Shown: piece by piece, positions 31,065 to 40,848 of the stretch
Numbering within the stretch: position 1 is the first letter of the stretch
Layout: every line of letters starts with the position of its first letter
From: Gemmatimonadales bacterium
GTDB taxonomy: Bacteria; Gemmatimonadota; Gemmatimonadetes; Gemmatimonadales; GWC2-71-9
Length of the DNA stretch: 64,000 nt
Direction of reading: 5' to 3'
Assembly: GCA_965249575.1 (NCBI GenBank)
Contig: OZ252244.1
Location: 1,280,001 to 1,344,000 of the forward strand
Notes under the pieces: generated by a model
Seen by the model: only the letters and a program-made list of their open reading frames with translations
Databases searched by the model: none
What the model was told of the DNA's origin: nothing
Translations under genes and position numbers: made by a program

Positions 31065-32426
31065 TCAGCTCACTCGCGCTGGCGCCCGCGCCCCGTCCGG
31101 CCCGTTGTCCCAATCCTGAGCGGTGGAGTTGTCCGGCATCCCCCAGTCGTGCCCGTTCCAGCCGTTGAACCCGTCCATCCTGAAGGTCCAGAAGCCAGTA
31201 TTGAAGTCGGTCATGACAATCAGGCCGTCGGCATCGCGGACGTCGACTCCCACGGCTCCGCTCTGCACGTTCCCGGGATACCAGATACCAGCGCCGTGCG
31301 GGCCGTCGTAGGTATCGTAGAAACCCACTGTGTAGGGATTCGTCGGGTCCATCATGTTGAAGACGTACAACCCGTCCTCGTAGGCGGACACGAATACGTA
31401 CGGCCAGCGCACTTCGTGGTTGTGCGCGACGTTCTTCCAGTCGGGCGTCCAGGCGCCGATGGGGCGGGAGATGGTCTTGACCTCGCCCTCGAGCCCGGGC
31501 TTGAGGTCGAAGATGCGCAGCGGAGCATAGGGGTACTCGTATTCCGCCACCGCGTATCGTCCGTCTGGAGTGGGCGTGAACGTGTGCGCCCAGTCGATGC
31601 CGGACACGCCAGTGACGGACGTGATCGCCCGCGGCTCCTCAGGCCGCGTGATGTCGAAGACGTAACACCCCCCGTTGCCGGCTCCGTAGAACCGGTCCTG
31701 TCGGGATACCGGATCGTAGTGAATGGCGAAGTCGTGGTAGAACCCACGTCCGAAGGGCGACTCCGGTGCCGGGACACGGCCAATGAGTCCTTGCTCTGGA
31801 TCGCCGTCGAGAAACTTCTCCATGTCGTAGATGTTCGCGTACGGCGCGATCGGGTCCCGCCTAGTCGTGACCAGCAGTACGCGACCATCGGAGTGTTTGT
31901 AGGAAAACAGTTCGTGAAACCCGCCCGGAGCATCGGGCGCCCGTACTCTGCCGATCTCCCGGACCGTAGCCGTATCGGGCAGTCCGGTGACGTCGAACAC
32001 GATGGCGCCGACGTCGGAATTCGGCCCGGCGGGGGTGAACTGAAAAGACTGCACGAAATAGTACCGGCCGCCCAGCTTGAAATAGGAGGGCCCGTAGGCG
32101 CCGAGGCCGTAGTGCAACTCCGCGTTCTCGATCTCCCATGAGTAGATCACCTCGGCCCTCGCTGGGTCGGCGAGGTCGATGATGACGAAACCCGCCGGGT
32201 GACCCGTACCTTGTAGCTCGGCGCCGTGAAACCGGGCGGCGTAGGCGTACGGCCGGGAACGCTCCTGTTCGACATCGACATCCAGAACCGTAAAGGGCTT
32301 TCCAAGGGGCAGGTGCGAAAGGACGTGAACGTTCGAGCTGCTCTGTCGGCCAGGAGGGTGCTGGGCGGCGGTGGGAGTGGCCAGCAAGACAACAAAAGCA
32401 GACAGAAGCGCCAATAGCCGGTTCAC
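31065..32426 (-). CDS. Secreted 4-His beta-propeller paralogue P7
   Basis: GGAGA RBS before GTG 32426; TAA-Q signal; family motifs (GFHE variant). Confidence 0.9.
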   Translation of the reverse strand: MNRLLALLSAFVVLLATPTAAQHPPGRQSSSNVHVLSHLPLGKPFTVLDVDVEQERSRPYAYAARFHGAELQGTGHPAGFVIIDLADPARAEVIYSWEIENAELHYGLGAYGPSYFKLGGRYYFVQSFQFTPAGPNSDVGAIVFDVTGLPDTATVREIGRVRAPDAPGGFHELFSYKHSDGRVLLVTTRRDPIAPYANIYDMEKFLDGDPEQGLIGRVPAPESPFGRGFYHDFAIHYDPVSRQDRFYGAGNGGCYVFDITRPEEPRAITSVTGVSGIDWAHTFTPTPDGRYAVAEYEYPYAPLRIFDLKPGLEGEVKTISRPIGAWTPDWKNVAHNHEVRWPYVFVSAYEDGLYVFNMMDPTNPYTVGFYDTYDGPHGAGIWYPGNVQSGAVGVDVRDADGLIVMTDFNTGFWTFRMDGFNGWNGHDWGMPDNSTAQDWDNGPDGARAPARVS

Positions 32427-32580
32427 ATAGTCTCCGATAGTAGGGAGTCCACCCCACCTCCCCTCGTCCCGAGTAAGCAGCAAGCACACCCTACCGCTCC
32501 ACTACCACGGAGGAAGGGGGGGTGGCCTCCTAACTGCTCACTCCTCACTCTGCGATGTAGGACGGGGACGGGCCTGTCGT

Positions 32581-33966
32581 TCAGCTCACCCTCGCTGGCG
32601 CCGGCGCGCCGTCCGGCCCGTTGTCCCAGTCCTGCGCACTCGAAATGTTCGGCATGCCCCACTGGTGACCGTTCCAGCCATCGAAGCCGTCCATTCTGAA
32701 AGCCCAGAATCCCGTCACCTTATCGCTGATGACGATCAGGCCATCGGCGTTGCGGACATCGACTCCCCAGGCGCCATTCGCCACGCTTCCGGATCCGGCG
32801 GGAAACGCCCCCCCGGGCGTCGTCGCTCCGGTTTTGTGTGGACATCCGCACGTGTAGAAGTAGCCCACCGTGTATGGATTGGTTGGGTCCATCATATTGA
32901 ACGCGAAGAGCCCGTCCTCGTATCCGGACACGAAGACATAGGGCCAGCGAACCTCGTGGTTGTGAACTAGTGCCCGCCAATCGGCCGTCCACGCCCCGAT
33001 GGGCCTGGTAATCGACTGAACCTCCCCTTCGAGTCCGGGCTTCAAGTCGAACGTTCGCAGCGGCGCGTACTGGTACTCCGTTTCGGCGACTGCGTACCGG
33101 CCGTCGGGGGTCGGGGTGAAGGTATGACCTCGCGAGATCCCGGCGACTCCCATGATCGACGTGATCAACGCCGGCTCCTCCGGGCGGCTCACGTCGTAGA
33201 TGTGATACCCGCCCGAACCTGCTCCATAGAACTTGTCCTGCCGGGTGGCCGGATCGTAGCCGACATAGAAGTCGTGGTAGCTCGTCCGAGGGTCATAGGG
33301 ATTATCCGGTACTGGGACGCCACCGAGCAGTCCCTGTCCCGGGTCTCCTTGAAGGAGCCTACCCAGGTCGTAGATCTTCGCCTGGGGAGCGGAGGTCGCG
33401 AACAGCAGGGCCCTACCATCCGAGTGCTTGTACGCGAAGATGTTGTGGAATCCGTTGGGAACCTCCGGCACGCGAATGCGAGCCACCTCACGGACGGTCG
33501 TCGTATCGGGAAGGCCCGAGACGTCGACGACCACGGCCCCGACTTCGGCGTCAGGACCGCTCTGTCCGAACTGAAAGCCCTGCACGTAGTAGTAGCGTCC
33601 CCGGAGCTTGAAGTGCTTGCCATCCATTCCGCCCCGACCCTGATGGATTTCTGGGTCTCCGATGTCCCAGTTGTACAGAAGCCTGGCCCGCTCCGGGTCC
33701 ACCAGGCTGATAATGGCAAATCCATTGATGTCGAATCGGCGGCCCAGGTACGCATAGGGTCGAGACAGTTCTTGTTCGATCTCGATGTCCGTCACGTGGC
33801 CGTACCCACCCAGGGGGACGTGAGCGACGACGTGAACATTCGAGCTGCTTCCCGTCTTCTGCCCGGGGTGCAGTTGCTCCTGAGCGCCCCCGGTCGCCGG
33901 AACCAAGGCGAGGGCCGCGAGCACGGGCCCGATCATCACGTTTCGAAGTGTCAAGCATCGGTGCAT
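32581..33966 (-). CDS. Secreted 4-His beta-propeller paralogue P8
   Basis: AGGAGG RBS; GGA-Q signal; family motifs; CGC in the last variable loop. Confidence 0.9.
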   Translation of the reverse strand: MHRCLTLRNVMIGPVLAALALVPATGGAQEQLHPGQKTGSSSNVHVVAHVPLGGYGHVTDIEIEQELSRPYAYLGRRFDINGFAIISLVDPERARLLYNWDIGDPEIHQGRGGMDGKHFKLRGRYYYVQGFQFGQSGPDAEVGAVVVDVSGLPDTTTVREVARIRVPEVPNGFHNIFAYKHSDGRALLFATSAPQAKIYDLGRLLQGDPGQGLLGGVPVPDNPYDPRTSYHDFYVGYDPATRQDKFYGAGSGGYHIYDVSRPEEPALITSIMGVAGISRGHTFTPTPDGRYAVAETEYQYAPLRTFDLKPGLEGEVQSITRPIGAWTADWRALVHNHEVRWPYVFVSGYEDGLFAFNMMDPTNPYTVGYFYTCGCPHKTGATTPGGAFPAGSGSVANGAWGVDVRNADGLIVISDKVTGFWAFRMDGFDGWNGHQWGMPNISSAQDWDNGPDGAPAPARVS

Positions 33967-34198
33967 TGCGAAAACCCTCCTTCAGTGAGGCCGCCCCCGC
34001 CCTCGCTCCCGCCCCGCTTTGGTGAGCAGCGGGCAGGCCGACCCTCGCGCCCCCTGCCAGTGGGCAGACCACCCCGCCTCTCACCGTCCCAAGTGAGCAG
34101 GCCCACCGAAACTGCTACCGCCGAGGAACGAGTGGAGGTGAGAGTTCTTGCCGCCTACTCCTCGCTCGGTGGTGCGGTCTCGGGTTAGGGCCTGCGGT

Positions 34199-35572
34199 TC
34201 AGCTCACCCTGGCCGGCGGCGCCCCATCCGGGCCGTTATCCCAGTCCTGCACGCTGGAGATATTTGGCATTCCCCACTGGTGACCGTTCCACCCGTCGAA
34301 ACCGTCCATCTTGAACGCCCAGAAGCCCGTGTACATGTCGGCGGTGACTATCAAACCGTCGGCATTACGCACATCGATCCCGAACGACCCGTTGCTGACG
34401 CCGCCCTGACCCGGAGGGGCCTTCGGCTCGAACGGGTTCGACTTGTCGATCTCGTTGGGACCATCGTACGTATCGTAGAAGCCAACTGTGTACGGGCTGG
34501 TAGGATCCATCATGTTGAAGACCTGCATACCATCTTCGTATGCGGAGACGAACACGTACGGCCAGCGAACTTCCGTGTTGTGCGGCAGGCCCTTCCAACG
34601 CATTGTCCACGCGCCGATGGGCCGGGACACGGTTTCGACCTCTCCGTCCAAGCCAGGCTTCATGTCGAAGATCCGTAGCGGAGCGTACTGGTACTCGGTC
34701 TCCGCGACGCCGTACCGCCCGTCGGGAGTGGGGGTGAAGGTGTGCCCGCGGGCCATGCCCGCCGCTCCGGTGATGGACGTCACGAGCCTCGGCTGTGTGA
34801 TGTCGGTGACGTCGAAGACGTAATAACCACCGGCGCCCGCACCATACAGGCGATCCTGGCGGCTGGCGGGATCGTAGCCGACGTAGAAATCGTGGTAGCC
34901 GCGGTCGGTCGATGTCGATGGCTTGGGGATCCGTGTAACCAGTCCATGTTCCGGGTCGTTAGACAGGAACCTCTCGAGATCGTACACGTTCCCATGCGGC
35001 CCGCTCGTAGTCGTAACGAGGTACGCCCGGCCGGTCGAGTGCTTGTAGGCAAAAATGTTGTGGAAGCCACCGGGCGTATCCGGAGCCCTGACCCGGCCGA
35101 CCTCCCGGATGGTCGTGGTGTCTGGCAGGCCCGTCACGTCGAATACGATGGCGCCGACATCCGAATCCGCCCCCCCCTGCCGGAATTCGAAGGACTGGGC
35201 CGTGTAGTACCGCCCGTCGATCTTGAAGTATTTGTTGTCCCGCGCTCCGCCCTCGTGCAGCTCGGGTTCCTCGATGACCCACGAGTAGATGTGCTTTGAG
35301 CTCGACGGCTCTTTTACATCGATGATGTAAAACCCATAGGTCGAGCGTCCGGACACGTACACGAAGGGTCGCGCCAGCTCCTGCTCGATCTCGAGGTCGT
35401 TGGCGTTGAAAGGCCCTCCCAAGGGAATGTGCGACATGATCTTGATATTCCGGCTGCCTTGCTCGCCGGGGCCGAGGTCACCACCGGGGTGGAACTGCGC
35501 ATCTGCTGTGGACACCGCGCTGGCAAAGACCAGGAGCCCGAGCGCGGCAGCCGCTAGGATTCGATCCTTCAT
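34199..35572 (-). CDS. Secreted 4-His beta-propeller paralogue P9
   Basis: GGAGG RBS before ATG 35572; ADA-Q signal; family motifs (HNT variant). Confidence 0.9.
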   Translation of the reverse strand: MKDRILAAAALGLLVFASAVSTADAQFHPGGDLGPGEQGSRNIKIMSHIPLGGPFNANDLEIEQELARPFVYVSGRSTYGFYIIDVKEPSSSKHIYSWVIEEPELHEGGARDNKYFKIDGRYYTAQSFEFRQGGADSDVGAIVFDVTGLPDTTTIREVGRVRAPDTPGGFHNIFAYKHSTGRAYLVTTTSGPHGNVYDLERFLSNDPEHGLVTRIPKPSTSTDRGYHDFYVGYDPASRQDRLYGAGAGGYYVFDVTDITQPRLVTSITGAAGMARGHTFTPTPDGRYGVAETEYQYAPLRIFDMKPGLDGEVETVSRPIGAWTMRWKGLPHNTEVRWPYVFVSAYEDGMQVFNMMDPTSPYTVGFYDTYDGPNEIDKSNPFEPKAPPGQGGVSNGSFGIDVRNADGLIVTADMYTGFWAFKMDGFDGWNGHQWGMPNISSVQDWDNGPDGAPPARVS

Positions 35573-35701
35573 TGTCCAACCTCCCGATATTCTGGCTCGT
35601 CGAGCCTGTGCACCCTCAACGCAATACGCCATCATCTAATATCCGCCTCCGTCGAGCCCTTGTCACCCATCCCCGGCGGCTGACGAATGCGCTCGAATCA
35701 G

Positions 35702-37240
35702 TCACTCCGGCGCGGGCCCGGGGAACCGTTCCCGCAGGAGCGTCTTCTGCGCTTTGCCGGTCGGGGTCCGTGGGATCTCGTCTACGAACTCGATGGCCTT
35801 GGGAACCTTGTAGCCCGCGAGCCGCTCCCGGCAGTGAGCGGTGAGATCGCCCGCCGTTGGGCGCTCACCCTCGGCGACGGCCACGATCGCGACCGGGGAT
35901 TCCCCCCACTTCGCCGAGAGTTGGCCGATCACGGCGACATCCCGGAGCATCGGGTGCTCAAGCAGCGCGTCTTCGATCTCAGCGGGGTCGATGTTCTCGC
36001 CGCCAGAGATGATCAGGTCTTTCTTTCGTCCCTGGACGAAGAAGTACCCTTCGGGATCCCTTGATGCCAGATCGCCCGTGTAGAACCATCCGTCTCGTAT
36101 GGCCTCGGCCGTGGCATCGGGCCAGCTCCAGTACCCCGTTGTCACGTGCCTGCCCCGAACGATGATCTCTCCCGTGTGTCCGGTCGACACGTCACGGCCC
36201 GCCCCATTCACCAGACGAACGTCAGTAAAAAAGAAGGGCTTCCCGACCGATCCGGCTTTGGACACCGCGTCTTCGGGGCTAACGATTGTTACCGGGCCGC
36301 ACTCAGTGGAACCGTAGTCCTGGAGGATGACGACCCCGAGCTCGGCGTAGCGCTCGACAATCGACGCCGACAGCGATTCGCCGCCTCCGATGATCCACCG
36401 CACCGTCGAGAATTGCCGCCTCGATAAACCGGTATGGCCGAGGAGCAACCGGAGGATCGACGTGACGAGCATTGTCGCATTGATTCGCTCCCGTTCGAAG
36501 GCCCCGAGCACGCGCGCCGCATCGAAACGTCGTAGGAGCACCGATGTACCCCCACGGTGGAGAATGGCGGTAATCGGCAGGAGCGCGCCAATATGAAAGA
36601 ATGGGAGCGCGACCAAGTCGCGGTCACGATACCGCATGTCACAGGTCATGTTCATCACGATTGACGCCCACGTCATCGTTTCGTGCGTGTGCATTACCCC
36701 CTTTGGACGGCCCGTCGTACCGGACGTATACATGATGAACAACAGTTCGTCCCCGCCTGCCTGGTCGAGGGGCGTGTCGCCACTCGCCGACCCGAAACCC
36801 TCGTAATCCACCGCGTCGGGCGTTGGGGTGCTCCCGTGCCCTACCCGCACCAACGTCACCACCGGAAGGGCCCCGCCCCTCAGGACTGTTACCGAATCGT
36901 CGAACTCGGAATCGTAAATCAACAGTCTCGCGCCCGAGTCGTTCAACACGAACTCGAGCTCGGCGGGGAGGAGGCGCCAGTTGAGGGGGACCATGACGGC
37001 GCCGATTCTCGCAATCGCGAAGTAGCACTCCATGCATTCCACGCCGTTCCTGAGGAGGAGCGCTACTCGGTCGCCGGTCCGGACACCGGCCGACCAGAGC
37101 GCGTGTGCCACGCGTGTGGCCGCTGCGTCGAGCTCCGCATAGGTGACGCGACGACCCGTTTCCACTTCGGCGACCGCTTCGAGGCCGGGTCCGCGCCCGG
37201 CACGTCTCGCCAGCAGCGCACCGATGTTGAGGGGGGGCAT
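35702..37240 (-). CDS. AMP-forming acyl-CoA synthetase (long-chain fatty acid-CoA ligase/MenE-like)
   Basis: YTSGTTGRPKG, YGSTE, GWFYTGD, GRKKDLIISGGENI and PRTPTGK motifs. Confidence 0.92.
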   Translation of the reverse strand: MPPLNIGALLARRAGRGPGLEAVAEVETGRRVTYAELDAAATRVAHALWSAGVRTGDRVALLLRNGVECMECYFAIARIGAVMVPLNWRLLPAELEFVLNDSGARLLIYDSEFDDSVTVLRGGALPVVTLVRVGHGSTPTPDAVDYEGFGSASGDTPLDQAGGDELLFIMYTSGTTGRPKGVMHTHETMTWASIVMNMTCDMRYRDRDLVALPFFHIGALLPITAILHRGGTSVLLRRFDAARVLGAFERERINATMLVTSILRLLLGHTGLSRRQFSTVRWIIGGGESLSASIVERYAELGVVILQDYGSTECGPVTIVSPEDAVSKAGSVGKPFFFTDVRLVNGAGRDVSTGHTGEIIVRGRHVTTGYWSWPDATAEAIRDGWFYTGDLASRDPEGYFFVQGRKKDLIISGGENIDPAEIEDALLEHPMLRDVAVIGQLSAKWGESPVAIVAVAEGERPTAGDLTAHCRERLAGYKVPKAIEFVDEIPRTPTGKAQKTLLRERFPGPAPE

Positions 37241-37243
37241 GGG

Positions 37244-38050
37244 CTACTCCAGGCCGAACTGCTCCCGCATCGCCGCGTCGCGGAGCACCTCGAGCTGGAG
37301 GTTGCTTTCGAATTCGCTGGCGTCCCCGAGGGACAGCGTCGCGGTATAGGCCCGAAACTGGCTCTTGGTCAGCTGGAGCACGCCTTCGGGCTTATCGGCC
37401 AGCCGCTTCGCCCACTCGCGAACCGCGCCATCGATTTGATCCGAGGGGGCTACGAGATTCACGAGTCCATACCGCTCGGCCCGCGCGGCATCGAACCGGT
37501 CGGATAGGTAGACCAGCTCTCGCGCGCGCACGATCCCCACCTCGGCAATCAGGCGAGGCACGCCTCTCCAGTTGAGGGTATCACCGAGGTCGAGCTCGGG
37601 AATGGCGAAGACCGTGTCGTCGGCAACGATTCGGAGGTCGCAGGCGAGGGCTAGCAGAAGCCCTCCTCCGATGGCGTGGCCGTGCACTCGCGCGATGGTA
37701 AGAGCATCCAGTCGCTCGATTGCCTCGAGGGCTCGGGTGCCGAGGTTGGCCAGCCAACGACGCTCGCGGGGAGTCACTCCCGATGGAGCGGCCATTCTTT
37801 CGAGCCCCGGGGGTTGCTTGACATCCGCTCCCGCGCAGAAGCTTCGGCCACGGCCCCCCAACACGACGACGCGGGTCTCATACTCCGTCTGCACCCAGCG
37901 GAAAACCTGCTCGATCTCTTCGAGCAGGACTTGATTCAGGGCGTTCCGCTGTTTTGGGCGATCGAGCCATACCCACGTTACCGGGCCGTCCCGCTCGACG
38001 CTCAGCGTCTCCCACTCTGGCATCTTCGATGAGACGTCAGGCCTTGGCAC
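37244..38050 (-). CDS. Enoyl-CoA hydratase/isomerase family protein
   Basis: LDRPKQRNAL, SFCAGAD, GHAIGGGLLLALACD and IPE motifs. Confidence 0.9.
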   Translation of the reverse strand: MPRPDVSSKMPEWETLSVERDGPVTWVWLDRPKQRNALNQVLLEEIEQVFRWVQTEYETRVVVLGGRGRSFCAGADVKQPPGLERMAAPSGVTPRERRWLANLGTRALEAIERLDALTIARVHGHAIGGGLLLALACDLRIVADDTVFAIPELDLGDTLNWRGVPRLIAEVGIVRARELVYLSDRFDAARAERYGLVNLVAPSDQIDGAVREWAKRLADKPEGVLQLTKSQFRAYTATLSLGDASEFESNLQLEVLRDAAMREQFGLE

Positions 38051-38102
38051 GGTCAGACCTCCATCGTCCGGCCGCCGGCTACATTCCCCCCGCCACTATC
38101 CG

Positions 38103-38405
38103 TCACGGAATCACCGGCAGCACGATATGCGACGGGTACTCACGACTGTGATGTAGGGTATTCTCGGCGACGACCCACTCTATCTCGTCGTAGTTGTTGC
38201 CGCCCGTATTCAGGTTTCGATCGAAACGCGGGAAGTTGCTGCTACTCACCTCAAGCCGGATGCGGTGCCCGGGCCCGAAGTAGTTGCCCGTCGCATGGAG
38301 GTTGACCCTCACGTCGTAGACCTCACCCGGTTCCATCCAGACCCGTTTTTCGTAAGCTTCGCGATACCGCGCCCGAAAGATCCCATCCAGTACGTTGAAA
38401 GCCCG
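38103..38405 (-). pseudogene. C-terminal remnant of a CocE/NonD family hydrolase
   Basis: [33 protein letters not shown] and [10 protein letters not shown]; no N-terminal catalytic domain. Confidence 0.8.
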
Positions 38406-39895
38406 TCGCCAACGAACATCGACTGCCTGAGGTTGCAGGCGAAACCGAACCCTTCGAACCAACGGCACGACGTCACGCCAAGGTCGTACATTGCCCGCCA
38501 GTTGGTCAGCGCGACGTTTGCAACCAGCATGGGGACGTGCTGAAACCGGCGATAGGCCGCGTGGTAATCCTCGGGTAGATCCCGAACGACGTAGCGATTG
38601 ATCCACCCACCCGAGGCCATGATCACCGCCCGGGCTCTCACGCGGTGGACGGCCCCGTCCTTCACGTACGTGACCCATACGTACTCCCCGGCCGTAGGCG
38701 CGCCGTCGTGTTCGACACGCACTACCGTAGCACTCAAGCGCATGCGAACCGGGCTCCCGACGCGATCCAACGCATCGAAATTGACCGGGCGGTTGACGAT
38801 GTCCTCGAAGGTTCGAGCGCCCCCGAGCGCGTCTGGAATCAGTGTGTTCACGAAGTAGCGGATCGTCACCGTGTTGCCGCCCGGGAAGGACAGCCAGGGA
38901 AGGTTCCAGTAATCGCCGGATGGGGCGCCCGGGAAACCGGGCACGGCGGCACTGTAGCCGGCGTAAGCCGAAAGGGCGTCACACCCCAGGCCCAACCCCG
39001 ACGCGAGAATCGGATTCAAGAATTCCGTGACTCGCGGATTCAACTTCATGACCTTCTCGAGGTAATCCTTGCAGCTCATGGAATCGAGCCAGCGCTCGAT
39101 ACCATCTCCCTGGTAGTACTCACCGCTGCTCGCTCGCCAAGAACGCAGATCGCGCTTCACACTCCCGGGATAGGGCGTCCCCTCGAGATCTTTCCCCCAC
39201 ATGTCGAGCACCCAGCCGGGGGCGACACCATGAGACCGGTCGTCGAAAAAATATCCGTTGCTGGGTTGGCGGTCGATCCACAGCATGAAGCTGTAGTTGT
39301 CCCGGTAGAAGCTCAGGGGCTTGAATTTCGACGCCCAGGGCGCCCACTCGAACTCCCGGGGTAACCCGAGCTCCGTGTACTCCTCATAGCTCGCCTCCTT
39401 CGGTCCGGGAACTCGGAATACGTTCGAGCTCTGGGGGCCAATCAGCCTCTGCCCATTGACCACGAACTCGTTCCGTTTTGCCTCACCGCCGAAGATTGGA
39501 TGGTTGTCCAGCACTAAGCACCGCCCGTCCGGGCGCGCCTTTCGGAATTCGAACGCCGCTCCCAAGCCGGCAAACCCACCGCCAACAATCGCCAAATCGT
39601 AGATCTCGCCAGTGTCCCGAGCCGCGGCGGGAAGACGATCGTACGCGCCATCACGAACCCGGTGAGCGACGTCGACGACCTCGGGCGTGTTTCCGTGCGA
39701 AGGTGCGTAGTCCCCAACCCCACCGTAGCCATACCAATCGTCCTGCTGCCGGGGTCGGTGGGACGGTGCAGGGAGGTCGAGCAGCAGCGCGCCACTCCCG
39801 ATGAGGGTGGCGTTTAAGAAGTCCCGCCGCGTGATGGAATGATGCAGACCAAGCGCGTGGTCGGACGTGGCGTTCGAGCGTCCGCCCTTAGACAT
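38406..39895 (-). pseudogene. Tat-exported FAD-dependent oxidoreductase (spermidine dehydrogenase-like), C-terminally truncated
   Basis: ITRRDFLN Tat motif; VGGGFAGL, LDNHPIFGGEAKRNEF and FPGGN; reads into CocE-derived DNA after MFVGD. Confidence 0.75.
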
Positions 39896-39945
39896 CAGCG
39901 CTCCGTGCCGGGGTCGTCGTCATTCCGGCTGCACATCCATTCGGG

Positions 39946-40731
39946 TCACTCGCCGCGAAACACCGGTTTCCGCTTCTCCGCGAACGCTTGGGGCCCCTCC
40001 GTGTGGTCGGCAGAAGCCAACATCCGTTCGTACGTCGGGAACCGGCCGTCACGGATCGCCTCAAACGCCTCCCGTACGCTCAGAGTCTCGATCCCGCGCA
40101 CGACCTCCTTGATCGCCTGTAGGGAAAGCGGCGCGCAATTCGCCAGGTGGTCCGCCATCTCACGCGCTCTGGACATCAACCGGTCTCCCGGCAGGATGGC
40201 GTTGACGAGACCGAACCCGTTCGCCTCCCGCGCGTCCATCCGCCGACCCGTGAGCAGGAGATCCATGGCGATGTGATAAGGGAGCCGTCTGGGGAGCCTT
40301 TGCACGCCACCTGCATCCGCCATATTGCCGAGTGACGTTTCCGGCAGCATGAACTCCACGTGCTCCGCAGCAAGGATCAGGTCGCACGCCAGCGCGAGCT
40401 CCGCGCCGCCACCAACTGCCATACCGTTGACCGCAGCGATCACAGGCTTGTTCAGATCCCAGAGCTCGGTCAGACCGGCGAACCCGCCCGGCCCGTAGTC
40501 CATCCGCTCGTGCTCCCCTTCAGCGGCCGCTTTGAGGTCCCAGCCCGCCGAGAAGAACTTGCCGCCAGCACCGGTAACGATCGCAACGCGCAACGTGGGG
40601 TCGTCGCGAAAGGCGACAAACGCGGCCCCCATGTCCCGACTGGTCGCCACGTCGATCGCATTCGCCTTGGGACGGTCGAGCGTGACCTCCAGGACCGGCC
40701 CACGCCGCTCGATGTAGAGACTGGTAGGCAT
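39946..40731 (-). CDS. caiD: Carnitinyl-CoA dehydratase (CaiD)-like crotonase
   Basis: TLDRPKANAID, FFSAGWDLKAAAEGE, DYGPGGFAGLTE and NKPVIAAVNG. Confidence 0.7.
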   Translation of the reverse strand: MPTSLYIERRGPVLEVTLDRPKANAIDVATSRDMGAAFVAFRDDPTLRVAIVTGAGGKFFSAGWDLKAAAEGEHERMDYGPGGFAGLTELWDLNKPVIAAVNGMAVGGGAELALACDLILAAEHVEFMLPETSLGNMADAGGVQRLPRRLPYHIAMDLLLTGRRMDAREANGFGLVNAILPGDRLMSRAREMADHLANCAPLSLQAIKEVVRGIETLSVREAFEAIRDGRFPTYERMLASADHTEGPQAFAEKRKPVFRGE

Positions 40732-40742
40732 GGGATGAATCA

Positions 40743-40848
40743 GTGAGAGGCGAGAGGTGAGAGGTAATTGGCCAGTCGCGATGCCTCGTGGGGAAAGACC
40801 CCACGTGACTTCTCACCACTCACCACTCACCTCTCTCTCACCACTCGC
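40743..40848. repeat. Inverted heptamer arrays (GTGAGAG x3 / CACTCAC x~5) around an inner hairpin; REP-like long stem-loop
   Basis: gtgagag gcgagag gtgagag ... cgtgggg-aaaga-ccccacg ... ttctcac cactcac cactcac. Confidence 0.65.
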
